A stretch of DNA of 32,000 nucleotides from Candidatus Nanopusillus sp. (GCA_028275885.1 JAPWTW010000005.1:1-32000); one strand, 5' to 3'; shown: positions 7,490 to 14,302, counted from the stretch's first letter. Numbers and translations are program-made. Notes: generated by a model not told the origin, from the sequence alone.

Positions 7490-9370
7490 TTAAATACTTT
7501 CTACAGGTTCAATTTTCAATATATAAAATATTTTATCTAATACTTGTTTTGTTAAGTATACTAGGAATAATCTGTGTGGATATTTATCTTTATAATTTAA
7601 TATTGGAACATTTTGGTAAAATTCATTAAATGATCTAATCAAATCTATTGAATATCTATATAAATGGTTTAATTCCAATGACTTTTCAATATCATAAATT
7701 ATATCTTTAAACTTAAATAAATTAATAATTAGTTTTTCTTCATATTTATTTAATTCATTTATTTCAAATTTTTCAGGTATTTTATCAACTTTATTTAATA
7801 AAGATTTTATCCTTGCATATGTATATAAAAAGTATATTGCATTTCCCTCTTCCAAATTTAACATTTTATCAATATCAAACAATATTGTAGTATTTCTATC
7901 ATATTTTAATATTTCTAATGATATAAAACTTTTTACTATCCTTTCAGAAGTTTCTCTATCTTTAAATTTCTCATATGCAATATTATATAATTTTTCATAT
8001 AAATCATCAACATTTATATACAATCCTTTTCTTCCAGACATTTTTATATCCTCATTTATTCCAAAAATTTTTGCAGTATTTCTATGCAATCTAACCAATC
8101 CATATCCATAATATATATATTTAGATTCTTTATCAATTTCTTCAATTACTCTTTTTACCATTAATTGATTATGCATTTGTTCCATTCCAATTATATTTAT
8201 TGAAATCTTACATGGCTCAATTTCTTTTCCTCCATTATTTATTTCATATATATATTCTCCGTTTGGTTGCTTTATATATTCTTTAAATTTAATATTTGAT
8301 TTAATTATACCATGTTTCCACATTGCATATGCAATATCTTTTGCAATATATGTAGTAGTTCCATTTGATCTTACAAGAACCTTCTCTTTATTTGAATATG
8401 CCTTATATATATCTTTCCATCTTGTTAAATCTAAAGAAATTGTATTATTCTTTTTTATCATTTTATTTTCTTCCAATATTTTTAATGCACTGTCAAATAA
8501 TTTATATCTTAATATATCTGACTCTCTAATAATTATATTAAAATATATATTAAATTTCCACAATGTATTTAACTGTTCATATAAAATTCTTTCAGATATT
8601 CTTTTAGATAAATAATACACTTCATTATTACCCTCTTCAATCATCTTTATAATATTATATTTGTATTTTTCCAATTCTGGAATTATTTCATACAATTTAT
8701 TAACTATTACATATATAAAATCTCCATAATAATGATCAAATTTTTCAGGAACCTCATATCCATATAAACTTTTCAATATATTCATTCTTTCCAAAAATAT
8801 TTTCCTAATTTTTTCTTCATATTCTTCCTTATATAGATTTTCTCTTATTAAAAATTCTTTAATATTATTTATTACTTTTTCCAAATTAAAATCTTTTGGC
8901 TCTTCAGGTATCTTTAAATAATATATTCCCAAAATATTATCACTAACCTGAACCCCAGTATCATCTATATAATTTATTACATATACATCATAGTTTAATG
9001 TTTTAAATAACCTATATAGAGAATCCCCAATTATTGAATTTCTTAAATGACCCATATGTAATGCTTTGTTTGGATTTGCAGATGTATGCTCCAAAAATAT
9101 TCTAATATTCCTTTTTTCAAAATCAAGTAGTTCTTTATAATTTTCCAATAATTTTCTTTTATTCAATTTAACATTTAAATATCCATTTATAAATTTATAA
9201 TCCAAAACAAATTCTTTTATTTTTTCAATTATTTCATTTACTAATATATTTGGATCTTTTCCCTTTTTCATTTCTTTGAATAATTTAATTGATATATCAT
9301 AATCTAAATTTTTTAGAGGTTCAGAAAATTCTATATCATAATCTTTTAATTTTTCTCTTATTATCCACAT
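7490..9370 (-). CDS. argS: Arginyl-tRNA synthetase (start reassigned to Met24 of the track ORF)
   Basis: Class I motifs: EHTSANPNKALHMGHLRNSIIGDSLYRLFKTLNYDVYVINYIDDTGVQV (HIGH region) and IKMSGRKGLYINVDDL (KMSKS-equivalent). The C-terminus is anticodon-binding-like. The track ORF runs to 9439, but the first 23 codons (MTFLYHKFLCICHIFKLFIKINF) are unconserved-looking and would cover the shared promoter. The ATG at 9368-9370 has a TATA-like element at -22..-29. Confidence 0.9.
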   Translation of the reverse strand: MWIIREKLKDYDIEFSEPLKNLDYDISIKLFKEMKKGKDPNILVNEIIEKIKEFVLDYKFINGYLNVKLNKRKLLENYKELLDFEKRNIRIFLEHTSANPNKALHMGHLRNSIIGDSLYRLFKTLNYDVYVINYIDDTGVQVSDNILGIYYLKIPEEPKDFNLEKVINNIKEFLIRENLYKEEYEEKIRKIFLERMNILKSLYGYEVPEKFDHYYGDFIYVIVNKLYEIIPELEKYKYNIIKMIEEGNNEVYYLSKRISERILYEQLNTLWKFNIYFNIIIRESDILRYKLFDSALKILEENKMIKKNNTISLDLTRWKDIYKAYSNKEKVLVRSNGTTTYIAKDIAYAMWKHGIIKSNIKFKEYIKQPNGEYIYEINNGGKEIEPCKISINIIGMEQMHNQLMVKRVIEEIDKESKYIYYGYGLVRLHRNTAKIFGINEDIKMSGRKGLYINVDDLYEKLYNIAYEKFKDRETSERIVKSFISLEILKYDRNTTILFDIDKMLNLEEGNAIYFLYTYARIKSLLNKVDKIPEKFEINELNKYEEKLIINLFKFKDIIYDIEKSLELNHLYRYSIDLIRSFNEFYQNVPILNYKDKYPHRLFLVYLTKQVLDKIFYILKIEPVESI

Positions 9371-9391
9371 AAAATTGATTTTTATAAAAAG

Positions 9392-9399
9392 TTTAAAAA
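9392..9399. promoter_or_regulatory. Single central TATA box shared by divergent argS and the 9422 mini-pilin gene
   Basis: TTTAAAAA at 9392-9399 is -30..-23 from the + ATG (9422) and -22..-29 from the - ATG (9370). ATG-to-ATG spacing is 52 nt. Confidence 0.45.
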
Positions 9400-9421
9400 T
9401 ATGACAAATGCATAAAAATTT

Positions 9422-9628
9422 ATGGTAAAGAAAAGTCAATCCATAGCAATTAATACAATTGTTATATTAATAATAGCACTTGTTGTATTAGTTATTATTA
9501 TACTATACTTTACTGGTACATTTTCTAAAGGTACAACTGGAGTAAATAACATAATAAATCCTGCATTAAATCAAACAAATCAAACAAGCCAATTAATAAA
9601 TAATTTATCAAATCAGGTAAATGGGTAA
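9422..9628 (+). CDS. Mini type-IV-pilin-like protein (68 aa)
   Basis: MVKKSQSIAINTIVILIIALVVLVIIILY is followed by an Asn/Gln/Thr tail with NQT, NQT and NLS sequons. The KKSQSIA start resembles the KKGQIA-type class III signal peptides of methanogen pilins. It is a paralogue of 2924..3112 and 9681..9866. Confidence 0.6.
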   Translation: MVKKSQSIAINTIVILIIALVVLVIIILYFTGTFSKGTTGVNNIINPALNQTNQTSQLINNLSNQVNG

Positions 9629-9680
9629 TCTAGTTTATCTTCTACAAGCTCATCTTCCATATAATAAACTTAATTAAGAT

Positions 9681-9866
9681 ATGAAAAGATCTGATACTAT
9701 AGATTTTGTAATTTTTTTAATAATTGGACTTATTGTTTTAATAGTAGTTATAATTTTTGTAGCCCCACAAACTTTAAAAATTGCATCATCTCAGCAGAAT
9801 TTATCAAATACATCAAATAATATCTTAAATCAAACATTCAGCAATATATCGAATTATAATATTTAA
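9681..9866 (+). CDS. Mini type-IV-pilin-like protein (61 aa)
   Basis: MKRSDTIDFVIFLIIGLIVLIVVIIFVA is followed by a Ser/Asn/Gln tail with NLS, NTS, NQT and NIS sequons. It has no well-phased TATA of its own, so it is probably co-transcribed with 9422..9628. Confidence 0.6.
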   Translation: MKRSDTIDFVIFLIIGLIVLIVVIIFVAPQTLKIASSQQNLSNTSNNILNQTFSNISNYNI

Positions 9867-9887
9867 AAATATTTCTGTTTTCGGTCT

Positions 9888-9958
9888 TGGGCCCGGGGGG
9901 ATTCGAACCCCCGTCAATGGGTCTGGAGCCCACCGTCCTACCACTAGACTACGGGCCC
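9888..9958 (-). tRNA. tRNA-Trp (anticodon CCA), 71 nt, no intron, CCA not encoded
   Basis: Hand-folded reverse complement: GGGCCCG TA GTCT AGTGGTA GGAC G GTGGG CTCCAGA CCCAT TGAC GGGGG TTCGAAT CCCCC CGGGCCC A. The acceptor and T stems are fully paired, U33 is present, and the anticodon is CCA. By my count 48 of 71 nt are G/C. The 5' G is the last base of the aIF-1A TAG stop codon. Confidence 0.9.
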
Positions 9959-10263
9959 TAGAATTCCTCCTCAAATTTTAAATATCCTTTCTTTTTTAAC
10001 CATTCAACTTCAGAATCTGTATATGAATATAGTATATCTCCTTTTTTATCAGATTGCAATTCCCATGGTTCTACTAATACATATGCACCTTTTTTTAACC
10101 ATATATTTCTATGCATTTTCTTATTTTGTGGAACTCTACATATCCTTGTTTTTCCATCAAAACATCTTACTCTTGCATGTGCCCAGCCAACAACCTCTTC
10201 AATTATCCCTATAACCTGTCTGTCCTTTGGAATGGGAATTCCTTCTTCTTCGAAAAGAGACAT
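9958..10263 (-). CDS. eif1a: Translation initiation factor aIF-1A
   Basis: IPIPKDRQVIGIIEEVVGWAHARVRCFDGKTRICRVPQNKKMHRNIWLKKGAYVLVEPWELQSDKKGDILYSY matches the aIF-1A/eIF1A S1-like OB fold (P.e.e..g.v....G.....V.c.DG..r.crIpGk.+..iWi..GD.VlV.pW..q.d.KgDIi.rY). Confidence 0.9.
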   Translation of the reverse strand: MSLFEEEGIPIPKDRQVIGIIEEVVGWAHARVRCFDGKTRICRVPQNKKMHRNIWLKKGAYVLVEPWELQSDKKGDILYSYTDSEVEWLKKKGYLKFEEEF

Positions 10264-10295
10264 TTAAAAAATATTATAAATTAAACATTAATAAC

Positions 10296-10430
10296 TTACC
10301 ATTCTTCTTCATCCCACTCTTCGTCCCATTCTTCATCCCATTCCTCTTCATATTCCTCCCAACCTTCTTCACCCTCTTCTGGCTCCATCCTTAATTTCCT
10401 TACCCTTCTTTTTAAGTCTTCCCAATCCAT
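10296..10430 (-). CDS. Unlisted small ORF: 44-aa basic-helix plus acidic Trp-repeat peptide (MDWEDLKRRVRKLRMEPEEGEEGWEEYEEEWDEEWDEEWDEEEW)
   Basis: Hand-translated: ATG at 10428-10430, TAA at 10296-10298. A perfect TTTATAAA (10453-10460) sits at -30..-23 from the ATG in the 35-nt gap after the NMD3-like stop. The region is GC-richer than true spacers. It has six TGG codons in 44 codons despite the AT-rich genome. The opposite-strand frame is open but has no start codon. Confidence 0.45.
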   Translation of the reverse strand: MDWEDLKRRVRKLRMEPEEGEEGWEEYEEEWDEEWDEEWDEEEW

Positions 10431-10452
10431 ACCCTTTATTATTATATAAACT

Positions 10453-10460
10453 TTTATAAA
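10453..10460 (-). promoter_or_regulatory. TATA-box candidate for the acidic Trp-repeat ORF
   Basis: TTTATAAA (identical to its own reverse complement) lies at -30..-23 from the ATG at 10430, preceded on the minus strand by AAAAC (BRE-like). Confidence 0.4.
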
Positions 10461-10465
10461 GTTTT

Positions 10466-10981
10466 CTATGCATCTTCCTCACTCCTTAGTAATATTGTTA
10501 CAATATATTTCCTATTTCCACTTTTTTTATCATAACCAACCAATTTTTTACTTAATTTTACTTTCCCATATTTTTTTAATATATTATAATAACTCTTTAC
10601 TCTATTTTTTCCTACATATAAATATATATCAAGGTCTTTTTCATTTAATTCATCTACTTTTTTTATAATATCTTTATTTTTCTTTGCTATTTTTAATATT
10701 TCATCTTCAATATTTTTATTATATCCCCTTATTTGCAAAATTAGATTTGCCTTTTTAATTAAACCTTTACATCTTGGGCAAATCGTATATTCATATTCAA
10801 AATTATTTATATCAAAATTATTATACCATTTATTATGATATTTTATTCTTCCACAATATCTACATATATATACTTTTTCTTTCTTCTCTTCCTTTTTATT
10901 TATTTTTAAATAACATTCATAACATAATCCATCGTATAGTCTTTTAACTTCTCTTCCACAAGAAGGACAAATCCTATTCAT
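10466..10981 (-). CDS. NMD3-family protein, shortened (171 aa)
   Basis: Four Cys pairs occur in NMD3 order: ICPSCGREVKRLYDGLCYECYL ... YICRYCGRIKYHNKWY ... ICPRC. This matches the archaeal NMD3 N-terminus (fC..CG......l..GLC..Cy......i..C..Cg.....g.W). It is much shorter than typical archaeal homologues. ATGA-type overlap with upstream DUF424. Confidence 0.65.
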   Translation of the reverse strand: MNRICPSCGREVKRLYDGLCYECYLKINKKEEKKEKVYICRYCGRIKYHNKWYNNFDINNFEYEYTICPRCKGLIKKANLILQIRGYNKNIEDEILKIAKKNKDIIKKVDELNEKDLDIYLYVGKNRVKSYYNILKKYGKVKLSKKLVGYDKKSGNRKYIVTILLRSEEDA

Positions 10982-11265
10982 AAATAAATAACAAAAGTAT
11001 ATGGTATTCCAGAAATTCTTTTAATATCTTTTTCTTCAATTATTTTTTTCTCTTTTAATATATTTATAGATTCTTCTCCAACAGCATATATAAAATATAT
11101 ATCCTCAAAGTCTTTTTCATCAATTTTTTCTCTCTCTTCTCCTTTAAAAAATTCATTTAATTCCAATACAAATTCTCCCTCCTCAAATTTTTTTCCATAT
11201 AAATCTTTATCACATAAAACCAGAGCATATCCATAATTATCCTTATACTTTTTTACCAATATCAT
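10978..11265 (-). CDS. DUF424-family protein
   Basis: YALVLCDKDLYGKKFEEGEFVLELNEFFKGEE......FIYAVGEESINILKEKKII.....KRISGIPYTFVIYL fits my memory of DUF424 (vlvAvCD.eLlGk.feeg.l.l.v...FY.Ge........i.n.vG..sv..l.e.g......i..i.gvPha). It has the typical ~95 aa size. Confidence 0.65.
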   Translation of the reverse strand: MILVKKYKDNYGYALVLCDKDLYGKKFEEGEFVLELNEFFKGEEREKIDEKDFEDIYFIYAVGEESINILKEKKIIEEKDIKRISGIPYTFVIYL

Positions 11266-11690
11266 TTTAACCTATATATTACAGGACTTTCTGCACCACA
11301 AGCTAAACATTTAATAATATATACCCTTTCCTTCTTCTCCAATCTTGTATCTAATTTTTTACATATTGGACATCTAACAAATATATCTATAAATTTATCT
11401 AACTTTGCTTTTATTTTCTCAAATTCTACCCTTTTCTGTAATATTATTTTCTTATCTTCAATTTTTGACGCAACATTAAATTCTTTCCGTAAAAATTCTG
11501 CTAGTAATTTTATATCTCTATTTATTATATCACAAATTGTTCCAGCATTTTCTATAGATGTCCATTTTCCAATATAATTTATTTTTGGTAATGGTATATT
11601 TATTGATCCTAATGTAGATCCATATAAAACTTTCATACTACTCAATTTCTTATATGCTTCATCCAACATTTCTTCATATGTTGGTATCAT
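11262..11690 (-). CDS. eif2b: Translation initiation factor aIF-2 beta subunit
   Basis: YEEMLDEAYKKL...INIPLPKINYIGKWTSIENAGTICDIINRDIKLLAEFLRKEFNVASKIED.KIILQKRVEFEKI...LDKFIDIFVRCPICKKLDTRLEKKERVYIIKCLACGAESPV shows the aIF2beta core plus the C-terminal C-x2-C...C-x2-C zinc ribbon. Confidence 0.9.
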   Translation of the reverse strand: MIPTYEEMLDEAYKKLSSMKVLYGSTLGSINIPLPKINYIGKWTSIENAGTICDIINRDIKLLAEFLRKEFNVASKIEDKKIILQKRVEFEKIKAKLDKFIDIFVRCPICKKLDTRLEKKERVYIIKCLACGAESPVIYRLK

Positions 11691-12262
11691 ATAACTTTAT
11701 ATTTTTCTGGTGAAGATTCATAAATTTCTCCAGCTGATAAAAGATCCTTTATAATATTTAATAGTTTTTCTTCATTTATATCAAAAAAATCTTCTATATC
11801 TTTTAAAGATACTCCATCTCCTTTATCATTATCTCTTATAAATTCTAAAATTTGTTTTCTTAACTTAACTTCCTCAGGTAATTCTTCATCATATATTTTT
11901 TCTTCTTTATTTTTTTCTTTCTCCATCTTTTTCTCTTTATTAATTTTCTTTATATTCCTTTTTATTTTTTTAATGAAAAATTTTCTCCATGTAATTTCAT
12001 CATTTTCATTTAATGTACTTAAATATCTTGCAATTACAGAAAAACTATTATTATATTCAGAAACTTTCCCTAGAATTAATAAAGTATCAAATAATTTAAT
12101 ATTATATATATCAAATAGAACAACATTAAAAAATCCAAAAGTATCTAATAATTTTAATCTAATTAATTTTTTTTCTTCCTGAATATCTATTACTTTTCCA
12201 ATTAAACAAACTTTTTTATCCTTATAATTCTTTAAATCTTTTGAAAATATTGGTAAATACAT
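11687..12262 (-). CDS. OB-fold plus C-terminal winged-helix protein, RPA32/Stn1-like (putative ssDNA-binding or replisome accessory subunit)
   Basis: The N-terminal VCLIGKVIDIQEEKKLIRLKLLDTFGFFNVVLFD....LFDTLLILGKVSEYNNSFSVIARYLSTLNENDEITW follows the RPA32-type OB pattern (V.ivG.V......t...y.ldD.TG.i.v........g..v.v.G.v..y.g...i.a..i....d.NE...h). A Lys/Glu linker follows. The C-terminal WH is ...GDGVSLKDIEDFFDINEEKLLNIIKDLLSAGEIYESSPEKYKVI. It starts 2 nt after the MCM stop. Confidence 0.55.
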   Translation of the reverse strand: MYLPIFSKDLKNYKDKKVCLIGKVIDIQEEKKLIRLKLLDTFGFFNVVLFDIYNIKLFDTLLILGKVSEYNNSFSVIARYLSTLNENDEITWRKFFIKKIKRNIKKINKEKKMEKEKNKEEKIYDEELPEEVKLRKQILEFIRDNDKGDGVSLKDIEDFFDINEEKLLNIIKDLLSAGEIYESSPEKYKVI

Positions 12263-12264
12263 AT

Positions 12265-14265
12265 TTATACAGCTTTATATTTTTTCTCTCCTGATTCATA
12301 TATATATCCTTCCTTTAATAATTTCTCAATTGTTTCTTTTACTTTTTCCTCCTCTAAATTATATTTCTTAGATTCATTTAATATTTCATTTAGTGGGACA
12401 CCATCTGGAAAATCTTTTTGTAAATCTTTTATTATATCCAACACCTTTGATAGTTTTTGTCTTTGTGTAGAAGAAATTCCAGACATTATTATATCTATAT
12501 CCAATCTATTGGTTTCTGGATTTATTCCAACCTCTTTCAAACTATATAATAATAATTCTTTTGCAAGATTTACATCATCTTCAGTAACTATCGGAGATAA
12601 TCTTATCTTTGCAGAAGCTTCAGCTATTCTTATTATTGACATTAGCTGCCTTGTAGTTATTGGTATTGTACCTTCTCCATAACTAGATCTTAACTTTATA
12701 TAGAAATCTTTTACAATATCTAAAGCTGTGTTTGTCCATTGTGGTTCAATTTTCTTTGCATATATTATATATTTTCTTAATAAATCTTTATCCAATGGTG
12801 GTCTTCTTTCTTCTTTTAAACCTTTCAATAGTTCATTAACAATTGTTTCATCCTGTTGTGGATTTGGTTCATCTATAAGAACAAATATCAAATCAAATCT
12901 ATTAACTATTGTTGGTGGTAAATCTATTTGATCAGCTATACTTTTCATCTTGTCCCATCTACCGAACTTTGGATTTGCAGCTGCCAAAATTGATGTTTCT
13001 GTTCTTAATGTTGCATGAATATTTGCTTTATCAATTGTTATTGTTTGCTGTTCCATTGCTTCATGTAAAGATTGCAATTCTTCTGTAGATAATTTATCAA
13101 GTTCATCAATACATACAAGCCCTCCAGAGGTTAATACTAAAGCTCCAGCCTCCAATACCCAACCACCTTTAAATATTTCATCCCTCCTAACAGCTGCAGT
13201 TAAACCTACAGATGATGAGGTTACTCCAACCACATATTTTGATTTTGGAGCAATTTCTGATACATATTTTAATAATTTTGATTTTCCAACACCAGGATCT
13301 CCTAAAATTAATATATGTATATTTTTTCTTTCATCAACGCTTCTCTTTCTTTTTCCACCAGATACTAATTGTAATGCAATTGCTTTTTTAATTATTTCAT
13401 ATTGCTTTCCATATAAACCTGGAGCAACAGAACTTGCAATTAGATTTAATAAATCTGTAGATTTTGCCAATTCTTTTATTTTTCTCTCATCTTCAGGAGA
13501 TATTGATATATCTTCAACATCTTTATCTACAGGTTCAATATAAATTGCATCTATATATAAATCCAATATTGCTTTTAAATTTGAACTTTTTAATTCTTTT
13601 ACAATTCCATATATTTTAACCCTTATTCCTGGCAATGTTTTTCTTTCCATTCTAGGTTCACATAGATCTTCCTTTAATATTACAGTAATTTGTGCAGGTT
13701 GTTCTCCCTTTTCAATTTGATCTGCAGGTTCTTCAATTAATAATCTTTGTATATCTATTGTTTCATGATCTATTTCAATAAATTTTCCCTTTGTACCACC
13801 ACATATAGGACATTTTTTTGGTTTTTCTATTACAAAATTCTTATTTTCAACCCAAAATTCTCCACCACAATCTTCATGTAAATACTTTGTTTTTATAATA
13901 AATGGCCTTACTTCAGAAGATATTTTTATTATACCTTCAACCTGTATCAATTTATCTTTATGTTCAGATCTAATATCCCTTATCCTTAAATATCTTAGAC
14001 TTTCTGGAAGATTTTTTATCCTTACTTTTACTTTTCTATCCAATCTTTCAGAAAAATATATACTTATTTGTTCTAAAAATTTTTCTGTCTTATTTAATAG
14101 AAGATCTAGCTGTTTATTATTTAGATATGATTTTATTTTCTCATAATCTAATATAATAGATTTTTCTTCTTCCCTAATAAATTTTTCAATTTCTTCTTTT
14201 GAAGCATCAAAAATTTGTCCCAAAAATCCTACATCCAAAATTTCAACTTCCTTGATATTATTCAT
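12265..14265 (-). CDS. mcm: MCM replicative helicase
   Basis: Motifs seen: zinc motif CPICGG, Walker A ILILGDPGVGKSKLL, Walker B GLVCIDELDKL, sensor/arginine finger NRFDLIF, MCM box IHEAMEQQTI-like (LHEAMEQQTITIDKANIHATL), and a C-terminal winged helix. Confidence 0.95.
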   Translation of the reverse strand: MNNIKEVEILDVGFLGQIFDASKEEIEKFIREEEKSIILDYEKIKSYLNNKQLDLLLNKTEKFLEQISIYFSERLDRKVKVRIKNLPESLRYLRIRDIRSEHKDKLIQVEGIIKISSEVRPFIIKTKYLHEDCGGEFWVENKNFVIEKPKKCPICGGTKGKFIEIDHETIDIQRLLIEEPADQIEKGEQPAQITVILKEDLCEPRMERKTLPGIRVKIYGIVKELKSSNLKAILDLYIDAIYIEPVDKDVEDISISPEDERKIKELAKSTDLLNLIASSVAPGLYGKQYEIIKKAIALQLVSGGKRKRSVDERKNIHILILGDPGVGKSKLLKYVSEIAPKSKYVVGVTSSSVGLTAAVRRDEIFKGGWVLEAGALVLTSGGLVCIDELDKLSTEELQSLHEAMEQQTITIDKANIHATLRTETSILAAANPKFGRWDKMKSIADQIDLPPTIVNRFDLIFVLIDEPNPQQDETIVNELLKGLKEERRPPLDKDLLRKYIIYAKKIEPQWTNTALDIVKDFYIKLRSSYGEGTIPITTRQLMSIIRIAEASAKIRLSPIVTEDDVNLAKELLLYSLKEVGINPETNRLDIDIIMSGISSTQRQKLSKVLDIIKDLQKDFPDGVPLNEILNESKKYNLEEEKVKETIEKLLKEGYIYESGEKKYKAV

Positions 14266-14302
14266 ATATCTTATATTACAAAAAACACATATAAGAAAAA
14301 GA

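Noticed and set aside
9371-9439. 23-codon N-terminal extension of the argS ORF as given in the track (start at 9439)
   Set aside because: The extension (MTFLYHKFLCICHIFKLFIKINF) has no ArgRS-like sequence. It overlaps the 9422 gene and would cover the shared TATA box. The internal ATG at 9368-9370 has a correctly phased promoter.
10296-10391. Plus-strand reading of the acidic-ORF region (LPFFFIPLFVPFFIPFLFIFLPTFFTLFWLHP), a hydrophobic peptide
   Set aside because: The frame has no ATG (or other plausible start) after the preceding stop and no promoter in phase. The minus-strand ORF has both.
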